Source: Octopus sinensis
Taxonomy: Eukaryota
Assembly: GCF_006345805.1 (NCBI RefSeq)
Contig: NC_043000.1
Location: 105,648,001-105,712,000, forward strand
DNA: 64,000 bases
Direction of reading: 5' to 3'
Made by a program: the position numbers and the translations under genes. The notes under the pieces were generated by a model. That model searched no databases. It was not told where the DNA came from and was given only the letters and a program-made list of their open reading frames with translations. Shown in pieces: positions 27,690-41,864 of this stretch; position 1 is the first letter of the stretch; every line of letters begins with the position of its first letter.

Positions 27690-28064
27690 TTTATTCGTTT
27701 GTCATTTGACCAGCTATGCTGGAGCATTGCCTTTAGTCAAACAAATCGACCCCAGGATTTATTCTTTGCAAGCCTAGTACTTGTTCTATCTGTCTCTTTT
27801 GCCAAACCGCTAAGTTACAGGGACATAAACACACCAGCACTGGTTGCCAAGCGATGTTGTGGGGACAAACACAGACACACATATATATATATATATATAT
27901 ATACACACGATGGGCTTCTATCAGTTTCTGTCTACCAAATCCACTCACAAGGCTTTGGTCGGCCTGAAGCTATAGTAGAAGACACCCACGGTGCCACGCA
28001 GTGGGACTGAACTCAGAACCATGTGGTTGGTAAGCAAGCTACTTACCACACAGCCAGTCCTGCG
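27690..28064 (-). mobile_element. tRNA-derived SINE with internal (TA/CA)n
   Basis: Minus-strand head cgcaggactggctgtgtggtaag..ggttctgagttcagtcccactgcg (A/B-box-like); same family as 41021-41358 and 52150-52360. Confidence 0.88.
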
Positions 28065-31000
28065 TCGTCTTCTCTTTTTAAAACAGGACAAATTGGATTA
28101 GGATAACTTCAACATGACTGACAAATCTATTATTTTATTGATATGAAACTATTCACTTAGTCAAAGTGTAGAATCAACTTTTAAGGCTTCACAGAACATT
28201 TGCCCCATTGATTATTATTTTCTTTCTTTATTATGGGACAAGCCTACATTAACCTAGTTTGTGCATGAAATCAATCACTGTTGAGTTATCAGAGAGAGTA
28301 CATGTAGAGTTCTGCTGAAGGACTTTTTTTTAAATACATATTTCATTTCATCTCATTACTAGAAATATTTTCTTCATAGTTTTTAATCAATTAATGCTGC
28401 TTCCTTCTTTTTAAGTAAAAGAACAAGGAAAATTGATTATTAATTGTTGTAAATCAAAAATTACCTTGAGATTTCATTTTATGATCAAGAATGATATTTT
28501 TTTAAACATCAATAAGCTGTTATGAAATTTCCAAGTGTTTGTTTTATTTATTACTTTTTTTGCTTTTGCACAGAGCTACAATTTTTTTTTAATTTTTCAA
28601 AATTATCTCCAGAGAGTTCAACATACAATAAAGTATACATTTTGGAAAGGTAAAAAAAAGAAAAAAGCAAATGGTTGATTTAATTAGCTCTGCATCACTG
28701 TCGAGGTTAAACTTGCAACACATTTTAAATCACCAACTTAAATATTACCGCTCAAATCCAATGAATTTTAAATAGAAAACATGATACTTGGCCAAACTGA
28801 TCACAAGACCTTGCTGACTCAAATCAACTGGTTATTCCAACCTATTTCTCCTATTAAATATAGATTTCTAACACAAAGCACAAGGTCATAAACTCTATGG
28901 AAGGATATAGGTAATTCAGCTGACCTGGCACTTAAACGAAGCATCAGAATGACAGAAGCAAAATTAACCTTCACATGATTTGAATTCAGAATGTTCATGT
29001 ATTATTGAATTTGATATAACATGATTTTTACCTATAAATCAGTACAGCTGTTTCTGTTCTCTTGCACTGCTCAAATAATAACTCAGACATCCTTTACTCT
29101 CCACTAAGACTTAAACTACCCATTCCTGAATAAGCTATATTACTGCAAGCTTTTTTTACTAATTCACATATACTTTCTCATATCAATAAAACAGTTTTTC
29201 ATTGAAACTGTGTCAGATATCCAGCAAAACTTGCATGTAGCCATAAAAAGCTACAAATCCAAGAAATAGAATTTTATATTTTAATTCATTGAGGCATCAC
29301 AAAATACCTCATTTCTTAGGTGGTGATTGAAGGAGACTAGATTCAGCATGGTTTTATTGTTGCTTTCTTCAGAATCATAGGAGGATGTGCATTCAGCAAT
29401 TCAATCTGAGACATTTGTCAATTATACAGTACTATCACAATTACCACCAAAGTTCCAAGCACAGCTTTGTTGAATGAGCCTTGAAGAATTAAATGCATCA
29501 AAGATGCTGCAAAACTTAGGACATCCTTACTGTCATACTCATTTTTACATCTGCCTCTTCGTTTCATGTTGACATGGGTTGGGTAGGACTTCTTGAAGTA
29601 GTGATTTATAGTGGATGCTTATTGTGCCTCTAACATGCAAAGATACAATGTACCTATTCTAAAAACTAAAACACAATATGTACAAGAAAAAGACCAAACT
29701 TTATGCAAGTAGCATGATACTTTATGAAATTAGTCAATTATAAATGACAGAAATACAATTTCATTAAAATATATAAAGGAAGCTGCAGTTATATTTCAAT
29801 TGCAAAAACAAAAAATGATTTATGTCCTACAGTTTCCCTCTTAATTACCTGGTACATATGTGGATCAAACAGGGGTGATGTTTGTGAAATGGAGTCTACA
29901 CATGAACTTCTTGTTAAAGTGAACTTTCCAACAAAGCTGAAAGTCCCAAATTTAAAATAATTGTTCATTTAACAAATATAATGTGGCATCTTCAAATATT
30001 TGAGACATTACAGTACACAACAAAATGAACTGGCTCTTTAACTAAAACTGAATAAAATTATACAACAAACATTTTAAACTCTTCTGATACCAATCGATCC
30101 ATTTTAAAGTGATATTTAAACTTTTTATATAAAACTTTAATCTTTCAAATATCAACTTGAAGTCAACGAAGTTAGTTGTTTTGATAATATCCCCTAAAAT
30201 TATTTTTTAAATTAATTGAAGTTCATAAGCTATATATAAATTTCATTAACCATTTAGTCACGAAAAATTTAAAGGTACCTCAAATAGCCAATTCAAACAT
30301 TGTTTTTAGATATTGGCTTTTGCTCACTGATTAATTAGTTCTATCACAATTTAGCCTACAGGATGAACATATAGTAAGTCCAGCATTGGCTGCTCAGTAT
30401 TTAGTATTTAGGCAATATATGATGACCTACATGAAATACATTTCTTTCATATTATTAATACCAAACAATCTAAACATTTTGCAACAGTACATACACTAAC
30501 TGACCAGTTATAATAAACGAGTTTTTTTGTTTTTTGTCTTTCGAAGTCTTAATTTTATTTTAATGGGAGAGGGGGAAAACCTATTAACTACTTGTAGAAA
30601 CTGAAACAAAATGAGAAAAAGTCGTCGATAGAAATAGAACAGTAAAATATATCCAATAAAAATTAATATACAACGATATTTATATAAACTGTTTCAAAAT
30701 GTTGAATTTATTACAATCTGAGACTAAATTTATTTTCATTTGTAATCAATATTGACGGTTGAACAACCGGGTAACATTGTCAACATAAATGTTACTGTCT
30801 GTTGTTAAGCACCGAGTCAACCGTGATCGAGAAGACATGACCAACCGCATTCTACCCGTGACCAGCCTGTCTATTTTGGATGTTATTTCTAGCAGATCGA
30901 GTGATCACAGAGAGGCTCTTTCGACCAGAATGAGTGATATGCAACTTAGTTCAATGATAAATTACTAGCTACAAATATTATTTAACTTGTTTAGACCTAC

Positions 31001-32052
31001 AAAATTTCCATGAATGGTTGGATACAGAAAAAGATAATCAGTATTACTAATTAAGATACAAATTGAAAACAATTCAAGATCTGTTTTGAGAATCGAGATA
31101 TGAAAGCTTATTATAGATACAAATACCTAAAATTTAATGTACTCTAGTTTGAAAAACAAAATTATCACGGTAATTTATAATTTTTTTTTTTTTTTAATAT
31201 CTGTAATCATTAACCGAACCAACTTTTGTTAATGACTTCCATTTTATTATAAATTCGGTGGATTCATGAAAAAAAAACTGTCATAAAGATTTGGTTGAGA
31301 GAAACAAAGCAACAATAATAACAGGTTTAAGAACGAATCTAAAATTCAGGCTTTCAGATTGATTTGGAAAACATTTCAAATTATAACGTAAAGTAAATTA
31401 TCTATTTTCATTAGCGGAAGTTGACAACTCTCAGAATTCAGCATTTTAGTAAAAAAAAAAAATTACTTAAGATTTCATCGACTACAAAAGCTGCCAACCT
31501 GTCAAAACTCCTTTAGGGTACACAAGAATAGTGATGTTAACAAAGCAGAATTAGAGACATATTCCCAAAATGGAGGGATTATTAAACAGCAAACACAATC
31601 CACACTACGAAATATCTGGATTACCAACAAACAAATAAGCATCGAATAGGAAGATATAAGCAATAATAAACATTATCAACTAAACAGGAAGTGGTTAAAT
31701 AGCAAAACCTTCCTAACTTGATTTTTTTTTTCAGCAACAACCCCGGGAAAAATTAATTTTTTGATTTTATTGAAAAGTAATACAATTTTTTTAAAAGTAA
31801 AAATATAAATGGAGACAGAATGATTTCAACTCCATGGCAGGCTGACTATCATCCATTTTAAGTCTAATAAAGCGTTCGATCATTAAAAATAGAGTCGCTG
31901 TTAACTTTTGCATATATACACCCCCACACACATACTGAAAACAACCACTGCCGCCACTGTCTTATTAAATTTTAATATCATTAAAAAAAAAAAGCACTTT
32001 TAAAAGTAGAATCAGATTGGCCTGAGACCTGCCCCACCTTGCTTCTACTTAC

Positions 32053-32905
32053 CTGACATGAGGTGGGTTTTAACAGTGTTTTTATTGATAATAGTCAGGA
32101 GGAGACAACAAGAGCCAAAAATCATGTCACACATGGACGTATAAACAAATGACTGGAGCTTGTATATAGGCTGACATTCAAACATATTGTTATATAAAAG
32201 AATTTGAGAAGAAAAATGAGCAACAGCTTCGAATGACATATGGACAAAAAACAGCAAACATAAACTATACTAAAACTCATGCAACCACATAGACACAGCA
32301 AAGATATAGTTCTCTTCTATTATCCTTTACTGGCCAGTTCAACAAACTAGAACGCCTTGACTGATCTCACTAAACAATATTCTCTGCTCAAGATTAATGA
32401 GTTAAGAGGTGGAAACTGGAAACCCAAAGAAGAAAGAAAAATAACCAAACAAGCGTTTCTACAAAAGGAGATACAAAGATTAGAGCGAAACACTCTTCGA
32501 ATGGGTTGTGAAGTCAGTTTGTATGAAATAAGGCCAACATCTTAAATTTGGAATATTGAAAGGAGGCCGAAATTTCGGCACAGTCCTAAAGCTAACACCC
32601 TGCCACGCTCAGTTAGATTATCAACCAGTGCTGGTCATTGCATTTTAAAAGTAAGTTTTCAAACGGGCGTGTGAAGGCAGGGTACGAGATAAACTTGAAC
32701 AATTAAATTATTTCATATTTTATACTACCATAAATACGAACGCAAAACTCCTCGAGAGTGGAGCCCATAAGGTCGCGACCAGAAACGAGGCGGAACCGCA
32801 CAACCTCCAGTGAGTTCCGACTACTGTCAGCTTTGAAGGACAACACAGTATAGAAAAATGAAACAGCAGACACGCAATACACTTCGAACAATATCAAATA
32901 AAACT
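32053..32905 (-). other. Candidate mostly untranslated exon of a minus-strand host gene
   Basis: Acceptor ctttttacccattattttcag| at 32906, strong donor CAG|GTAAGT at 32053/32052; ends ..CTC ATG TCA G (phase 1). Could be two shorter exons. Confidence 0.3.
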
Positions 32906-33134
32906 CTGAAAATAATGGGTAAAAAGTAGAATGAACTATTACGTTTTTTCAATCAGTATAGAAATTTAATTTATCTTTTTAAAATGCTCTTAATCCGAGG
33001 TTACCCCCCGACGCTGTTGCGAAACATTCAAAATACTACCATGATAAACTGTACAAAACGCTTTCGCATTACTTGTTTTGAATTCAGTAATCCAAGGAGA
33101 AGACCTTGTCACGAATAAATTTTAAAATAAATAC

Positions 33135-33230
33135 CTTTAAAGGTGTTAAACCTTCCTACGAAGTCACTTGTATCACATACGCCATCGAACAATAACAACC
33201 GCCGCCATTTGCAATACTGCTACTGGGCAT
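33135..33230 (-). other. Candidate first (non-coding) exon of a minus-strand host gene
   Basis: aaATGGCGGCGG YY1/5'-end-like motif, followed by donor AAG|GTATTT at 33135/33134. The ATGs open only short ORFs. 5' end approximate. Confidence 0.3.
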
Positions 33231-35604
33231 GCGTTAATTAGGTCAGGAATTCTGGGAACGAGGCCTGTTAGTGGCGCGATCCCAGGGTTAAACTTCTACC
33301 TTACCATCTCGTGTTCGAACCTCACTAACATTTCGAATTGTATTTTTTTTAAAATCTCAAATGATGGCTTTATTTTGGAAAGGGTAAAAATACTAAACAT
33401 TGTGACAATTTAGAAGACAATATCAATGTGTCTTACTCGTAAGTTAGTTAGCTCTCGATCAGGTAACTTACTGTTGATCATCGTCTTAGTGAGCTAACCG
33501 TGAAGAAAAACAGCCTGTTGGTTTCCTGAATTAAATATGAACCTACACTTCGAACATGCAGAAAGTAATGTTCATTTATCTTCATATTGAAAATCCTCAT
33601 ATTACTCTTCCCTTACAAGTTGTGAAATTGTGTTATTCACGCAGTTGCTTCATTTTCGATGGCCACACACCAGTGAATGTCAACCAAAATCCTATTTAAA
33701 AAATCAACTTCAGACCATGACTGAGTTTTATTTCCCCCTTTCTGCTTTTTGCGTGCTTAAAAACTATTGTGGATATAATTAATTCAATTCATCAATATGA
33801 ATTTTGGAAATATTTTCGGCAAAATGGGTTGAAAATAAAATATTGAGATTAAGTACCTTTTATTGCATGAAGTTTTAGACTTAGATATTTGAACAAATGT
33901 CTAATTTAACCTAAAACTTCATATTTCTACCAGTTTAAAATCATAAATTATAAATCTAATGTGAGTGCGTGAAATATTTTTTCTTTTGATTGCTGGGGCT
34001 GTATGAAACTGACAGTTTGTTTCAATTATAAATTAATACGGGAAAGAAACAAAATTGATGAATTAAGTAACAATCTCTTAATTATATTTTGCATCTTCTT
34101 TTCAATAAATGAAAAATTAGCCCGCTTCTAATATAATAATAATAAATAAAAACAATGTAAGCTTCGCTGAAATTTATTGGGAAGAATAAAAATGAGTATA
34201 TTCGAAACAGTAGAGTTCAGTACACGTGGATAACAAGTTAACCTTTCGACCCTTCCTCACCTCCCTGGTCATTAAGCAAAGTTTCTCATTCGGCCCAACA
34301 TGGCGTACCGGTGGGATGAAAATCTGTTTTATTTCATGATAATAAATGAATAAAGAGCTTGCGTAGAAGAAATTATTCTAGGAGAAAAGTATTTGTATAA
34401 TGATTGACGGAATATTTTGAATATGGTACTTAGGCAGTTCGGATGGAACATATTTTGTCCTGGACGTGGTCTTCAATTTTCCTTCAAATATATCTACATA
34501 CATTTCTGTAGTTATATGGGTGGGTGTTTATCACAAAAAGTGAAATACTATCCGATTTAGATGCACACACTATACCATTTTGCTAATATTGAGGCCAGGT
34601 TGTAAGTAATAACTGAGTAGAATTATATAGGTATACTATTTGCGTGTATGTATTAGCTGCATTATTTCACCCGTCCTATCTATGCTTATATTTAATAGTT
34701 ATATTCCTGAAGAGTTTAAATTTACTAGGAATTTCCTCAGATGCGACTATTATCGGTTAAAATTTACTTGAAAACTCAGCAGCTCAAAAATTAAATCCCG
34801 AAAGAAAGAAAAAGAGTATGCATCAAAGTTTATTTAACCTGTTGTCCAGTATATGGGAAGTAATTATGACATTTAATGAAATTTTTATTTTATTTATTTT
34901 TTTTTATTTACAACTACATCAATTATAATGTTTTCCTATATCAATACTTGTCTGACGCATTTCTTTTATATTCCTTCTTAGACGATTTATCTATTAGCGA
35001 ATTATAATAACGGTTTAGAAAACTAATATGGGACAGTTTGATATGGCTGGTTGGTTAGAAGGGCAGGGATTTTTGTAGCCAGCTAGGCTATTTTGAATTC
35101 AAATAAATGCCAATGCAACAGTGTGCTGCCGCCGAATGGAAGCGGTTTTCTCCTGTCTCTTTATTATTCATTTATGGGTGGAGGGGGTGAAAAGCGAGAT
35201 GCAGGGTTGAATGTCGAGTGGCAGGCCTTCACTTCAGTCGCTCCACCCTTATCGTCCACGTAGTGGTTAACAGCGTTTCTGGTCGTTACTCAAACTAATT
35301 CCACCCTTTGACTATGTATGACTTCACACTCGACTTGCTACTCGTATTAATATTGTTTGTTTTAAATTCTTTTTATTAACTTTCTCCTCTTTTCGATGCT
35401 TTATAGCGGACACATTTTGACCATGTAGTGAACAAATTTGTGCGGACAGTATTTTATAGCTATGTATTTTATCCAATAGTCGTTTGGAGAAACTCTAGCC
35501 AGAATTATAGATATTTTACTTAAATCTTTCATTTATGGACTCTTCAGTTGTGCACTTTTGTTTTAGGATATATTACGTATATAAAATAAATACGCCATAC
35601 GTTC

Positions 35605-35640
<36 letters not shown>

Positions 35641-37149
35641 GTGTGTGTTTGTGTATGGCGTACCCTGTAGTTTCATGAGTGTGTCAGAGTTCTGAATGCA
35701 ATAAAATCAGCGATCCAGCTGAGATTCTAATAAAGCTGGAAGCTTAAGTTTCTAAAGTCCTTGAAACGCATTAATGTCACATCTTCCTATTTTATTTACT
35801 AAATATGCAAACAAAAATAATATACATCTATATCCATTTTGAGTATGTGTATGTAGCCAACTGACGTGCGCACGTAATGGGATGAAATTAAATACTTTTC
35901 TACTTTTTCCATAGATGAATTACAGTTAACGAAATTTTCTTGGTAATAGAAACCAGGCGAATTACATTTCTAGAGGAGAGTCTAAGTTCCGTTCTTTTTT
36001 TGAGTTTGCAAACAATTTCTCCATTTTTTTTTCTTTTTGTGTGTAACCAAGCCACTTTCTATCCTGTCCACTACCAACCACCACAAAGATCGATAGCAGA
36101 ATAACGTATGGATGATAGCTAACATTAGTAAGAGTTTCATAACATAATTTACAAAAGCTTTCCTGCTCTGGAATCGACAGTTATTATGACGGAAGGTGGA
36201 AATGTTTATAAAAATATATTATGGATGAACTAATAAAGATAGTTATGATAGTAAGCTGTTGCTGCTCTACATAACGCCCCACAAAGAAATGGCTCTCATC
36301 TTTAGTCGGTAATCGGTGACATTTACCCATATACACTGAAGATTATATATGTAACCATATCCTTTATCCGATGTTTGCAGCGGTCTTCAGTGTGGCCACG
36401 AGACAAGCCGAGTTCTTTCTCCCAAGGGTTTCTTGCAAGCGACACAAATGTCGCAGATAGTAGCTACGTCGTACCCGAGTTATTACTCTAAATCTATTGG
36501 CAGTTTAGTTAGGATTGACGGTTGTATAGTTTATGTTTGTGCGTGTGTGGTGTGTATATATTACACACAGAGCCATAGTTGGCGCTGTTTCTTCCATTTA
36601 GTGCTACTAAGACAACCACAATAATTTTGATTTCTGAGTGTATGTTAATAGAAGGGTAGATAGATGAACTAAAAAGTGACTTTTTTTTATCTTCTCTGCC
36701 ATATTTACGTGGCCCATTCAACACAGCTTGCTGCCATCAATATCATCGACATACTAATAAACTTCTCTTTTTATTCTTCTATGCCAGTCCTTTCTGTCTT
36801 TCACTATTTCGTCACACTTTAGTCATTCTGTCTCTCTTCTAGCCGAGTATCTTAACTTATTTTTTACTCTTCTTCTATGTCTCAAGAGACAATTGCTCTC
36901 TTACTTTTTATTTAAAAACTCACTCACTCTTCTCTCTATCTGCTTTTCTTCTTCGTTTTATTAAATTTCTCTTTCTTTCTCTCTTCGTTTTTCTCCGACC
37001 ACTGCTAAGCATCTCGCTCCCATTTTATCACTCTTATTCGCTCTGCCTCTATTCATCTCTCCATCTCATTTTCCTTGTTTCTATCTATATCTGCCTTTCT
37101 CTCTCTCCGCATCTCTACAAGTGACTTCTTTCGCATATATCTATCGAAC

Positions 37150-37186
<37 letters not shown>

Positions 37187-38199
37187 CACATACACTCACA
37201 TTCAACCATTATCATCGACCACCCGTGTATATATACATATGTGTGTGTGTGTGTATATTTATAAACGGGTGGTCGGGTCAGTTGGTGTTAAAAGACGTTA
37301 TTTATGCATGCGTCTGTTTATTTTCAACTTCCAATTTTTTTTTTTTCGTCCATCAAAATAAAAATAAATGTATACAGTAGGAGGGTGTAGAAATTCATCA
37401 AGAGAAATTTCATGCCTGACGGACATAATGGGGAGGGAGAACATTCAGTTATTACAACTGCAGCTCTAACACCCGCCGTAATGAAAAGTGCTCCGGTTGG
37501 CTTCAGAAAATCTTACCTGGAATTTTTTTTTTTTTTGTCTTGTTTATTTTTTTCACTTCTTCGGCAGTTGGGTGTGTCTATCGTTGATTTTCAACTTGCA
37601 GACAAGCTACTGCCCACCCTAAAACCTATTGATTTCTACTTCATTTTCCATAATATATAAAAAAAATTTTTAAGTTTAAGCATCCAAGACGATGATTTTT
37701 CTTATATAATATTTCGAATTTTCTGTTAATAGATTTTTACCTGTTTGGTGTTTAATCGATGATTTGCTTTCTAATTATAATGGGAGGGAGGGAGTATAAT
37801 GAAATTATGTGCGAAAAAAAATTAAATGATTGGAAAACAATTGGGGTTTTTTTCTTACATAATGATCTAATTCCTAACCAAATAATATTGCCCCCCTTTT
37901 AAAAATTGAAGAATGATTCTTTTTAGACGTGATTTTGCGTTAAGACACGTGGCGTTTTATATTAGATTCCCCAAAGAGAATTGAGTAGCTGTCTTCAATG
38001 AAAAAGAAAATATTTTCTCTTATTACCTGATTAATTCTCTTTTACTTTTCTTTTTAATATTTAAAATCTTACCATGAATAATAATACTATGACATGCAGC
38101 AATATAGATTTTTAATTTACTTAGGTAAAAGTCTAATAAAGGTTGAAATGGAGTCGGTTATGAGTGAAGCGTATACTAACTTCACAACTTGCGCCATGA

Positions 38200-40030
38200 C
38201 AGTTTGCCATGCTGTCTCTCAGCTCTACAAGTTTCCGTTTCCATCACATCCCTCCCCTTCTTTACCATAATTGCTACCACTTCTTTAATTATATACTCTT
38301 TCCTTCACTGATCTGTTATACTCTCCTCTGTATGATTTTATTAGTCTTCTTTTCTTAGTACTTAAGCTTTTTCACTCTTTCTTTCACTCATTCACCTGCT
38401 ACTGTTTTGAGCGAGTAATATGTTTACCTCCTTCTTCAATTCGTTCTTCTACACTCTTCCTTTCTCTCGCTCTTTCGTCTTACTCTAATTGCATCCGCAC
38501 TCAACCTCACACTTGATGTCACTAAATATCCCCTATACTTCACTCAGTAATTTCTCCTCCTCCTCTTCTCCATCCGACCTTGTCAATCATTATCTCTCTT
38601 TTTCTATCTGTCTCTATCTCTAAATCCTACTCAAATTGCATCCACGTTCAACGTCACTAAATTCCCCTCTCTATTTTACCTCATACTTTTTTCCTTCTGC
38701 TCCCAATACTCTTTATTCGTCCTTTCCCACCCTCTTCCTTCTGACGTTCGTATTTCTGCTATATTTCAATGTATATATTATTTTCTTCGATCGGTAAACT
38801 CTTCAACATTTTCCTTTCTAACTTTGTTTCTTTACCATATCTGATTCTTTCAATAACTATTTCAGTAATAATACCTCTGATATAATGTTATTTTCTTCTT
38901 TGTGTTCATTTCCTTCAGCTAGCTTTAGCTTTTTTGTCAACACGTCTCTTATTTTATGTACTTTCACAAGATTCTTGTTTCGATTTCCATCATTTTTAAT
39001 AATTTACTTCAGAATTATTACTATTTGTTACTATTTTATTAACTTCGCTTCTACAGCTCGGCCTTTCCTATTCTCTTTGACTTTCAGGCTTTCTTTCTTT
39101 TCTACCCTAGCTCCGTCGCACTTCCTTCTTATATTTCTCACTGGAGTTCGCAACTTCTTCATAGTCATTTCCTCTGCCTTTCGCTCGTTCACTCCGATCC
39201 TTACTCCTCTTCCTTTCACTCTTCCCCTATCTATTCTCCCTCTCTCTGGCTTACCTCATCCCTCCTCTCTTTGCAACTATTTTGTCCTCGTTTATTTCAC
39301 TCTCTTTTCTCTATTTCTCCTCTCTCCTTTTAACTTCCTTTATTCTCCCCTTCGTTCCTTTTTCCTTCATACATTACATATCCATATATCTGAACTTATC
39401 CCTCATTTTCTTCACTATATTCTCAGACTTCTCTCTTCTCTTACTTCTTTGATCCACTCTTCACTCATTCCTTCGTCGTTTCCTGTGTCATTTCTATATT
39501 TTCTCTACATCTACCACCCATTTTTTAAAAAATTCTCACCTCTCACTGTGTTCGTTTCACTATATATTCATGTTTTTCTTTCTTGACTCGACTTCTCGTC
39601 ATTCTATCCCTTCAATCTTTCAGTCTTATTTCCTTTCTTTTTTAACATCATCTTACTTTATTCTATTATTCTCTTTCTCTCCATCGAACCTCCTTACTGC
39701 CTGCTGTTCCGTATTCTTTATTTCTCTGATTCTACCTTCTCCTTCCCCGCCTTATTTTTCCTTTCGCCTTCTACTCTTACTATAACTCTCCCTCTTACAT
39801 CTCCATCTTTCTTGGCCACACCCTCTCTATCTCTCTACTCCTTTCCTCCACCTCATTCTGACTTTAAAATTTTCTCCTACCTCCGCCTTTCTTTCACTTC
39901 TTATTACTCCTTCATCTTTCTCGTTTCTCCATCTCTCTCCCCCTCTCTCGTTGCATTCTTCTCCTCCTCTTCCCTTTCCCAGTTTCTTTATAGCTCTGCC
40001 GCCATTGTTTGCAAAAAATTTTTTTTCTTT
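38200..40030. repeat. ~1.8-kb pyrimidine-rich low-complexity tract (+ strand)
   Basis: C/T-dominated non-periodic sequence producing F/L/S-rich spurious ORFs; a similar shorter tract lies at ~36770-37140. Confidence 0.85.
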
Positions 40031-40790
40031 TGTTCGTTGTCCCAGTGACAACCTGATGCGCTTTCTTCACATGTTGAAAGCTCTTCTAAATATTCGCCGC
40101 TTTATCCAAAAACAACCACACAGGTGTGTATACACACACACACACATACACATCTATATTTATATCTGTCTATATATATATATGTGTGTGTGTGTGTGTA
40201 TATAGATGGTTGAATGAATTGTCAATACCTCTAATATATTTACGTAAATTAAAATTGATATTGCGTGTAAACAAATACTCAAAGAAGAAAGTAGTACAGT
40301 CACATCTCAATGCACGCTCTTCTGATATGGTAAGAGTTACCTAGCTCGAATTCTAGTCAAGAACTATTGTTATTACACACACACATACACAACCATAAAC
40401 GCGTTACGAACTCCGAGTAGTTAGGGTGTGAATTATCTTCTTTAATAGATAAATTCTGCTTCATGAATTTTACTCTTTTTTTTCTTCTTCGTTCCTAAAG
40501 CTAAACTTTAAAGGAAAAGAATGTAAGCTCTAGTCGAAACAAATACGCGATCCAGTTTCGATTCCCGCTTGCAGTTATTTTACCGCCAATGCCCTTGAAA
40601 TATGTCTGAATGTCAAAGCAATCTTCACTCACTTTTCCCTTAAGTCTATTAAACTTGGCACCCTGTTGTAGATGCGCCACGTGAGAAAGATACCCGAATT
40701 AGTAGTTTCGAAAATCATGTATTTAAATTATATAATATATATATATATATATATATAAAGTATTATATGAATATATGTATGTTGTACATA

Positions 40791-40967
40791 CGAGGTGGGG
40801 GGAGTGTTGAAAAGTTCTTGGCTTTAAGGGAGGCCCAACCTTCCGAGTTTTTTTACATGGCTTAGAAAAACTGAAAAACCGCTGCAATAAGAGAAGGGAA
40901 TATTGTTGAATAAAAGTATAATTAACTGATTTTCTTTTACCCAAAACCAGAAACTTTTCAATACCCA

Positions 40968-40971
<4 letters not shown>
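40791..40971. mobile_element. Mariner-derived MITE (~180 bp)
   Basis: TA-flanked; gagtgttgaaaagttcttggcttt matches the reverse complement of the right end (gagtgggtattgaaaagtttctggtttt). Confidence 0.65.
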
Positions 40972-41016
<45 letters not shown>

Positions 41017-41020
41017 ATAT

Positions 41021-41358
41021 TCTTTACTTGTTTCAGTCATTTGACTGCGGCCATGCTTTAGTCGAGCAACTCGACCCCGGGACTTATTCTATCGGTCTCT
41101 TTTTGCCGAACCGCTAAGTGACGGCGACATAAACACCACCATCGGTTGTCAAGCAATGCTAGGGGGACAAACACAGACACAAACATACATATATATACAT
41201 ATATACGACGGGCTTCTTTCAGTTTCCGTCTACCAAATCCACTCACAAGGCTTTGGTCGGCCCGAGGCTATAGTAGAAGACACTTACCCAAGGTGGGACT
41301 GAACCCGGAACCATGTGGTTGGTAAACAAGCTACTTACCACACAGCCACTCCTGCGCC
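41021..41358 (-). mobile_element. Young tRNA-derived SINE
   Basis: Head ggcgcaggagtggctgtgtggtaag..ggttccgggttcagtccc, CpGs retained; same family as 27690-28064. Confidence 0.9.
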
Positions 41359-41415
41359 TATGTATATTGTACATATATATATTGACACACATACATATAT
41401 ATATATATGTACAAT

Positions 41416-41864
41416 GTCCACTCTCCCTAATTTGTCACATCTCTCCTCACCCGGGATAACTTTGTTTCCCCTGTAATTTAAGACTCCATTCTTTTGTCCC
41501 TCCAAACTACTCTCTTCCAATCAGTTGATGGGTCTTCTCAAATAATATAATATATATATTATCATCATCATCATTATGATTTAAGGTGAATTCAGCAGGA
41601 ACTAAAAGAAGACTGCACCAAACTCTGCTGCCTACTTTGGCATAATTTCTACAGCTGGATGCTCTTCCAAATGCCAACCACTTTACAGTGTATACTGGGT
41701 GCTTTTTACATAACACCAGCAGCACTGAGATCACCAAGTAATTTGCAAGACAAGAAGACCCCTCAACTGATTGGAGGGACAAAAGAATGGAGTCTTAAAT
41801 TACAGGGGAAACAAAGCTATCCCAGGTGAGGAGAGAGAGATGTGACAAATTAGGGAGAGTGGAC
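41416..41864. repeat. Long inverted repeat (~115-bp arms, ~210-bp spacer)
   Basis: 41416-41539 matches the reverse complement of 41752-41864 with a few substitutions and two short indels. Confidence 0.92.

Larger units (their letters stand above)
30500..41400. promoter_or_regulatory. CpG-retaining domain, probable promoter / 5' region
   Basis: By eye, CG dinucleotides are rare in non-repeat DNA left of ~30.5 kb and right of ~41.4 kb but frequent inside. The domain is TE-poor and has YY1-like motifs at 33199-33210 (minus) and 34297-34305 (plus). Not quantified. Confidence 0.5.

Noticed and set aside
38885-39586. 233-aa hydrophobic ORF resembling a membrane protein
   Set aside because: Lies in the pyrimidine-rich low-complexity tract; the F/L/S bias and absence of stops follow from base composition; no family motif.
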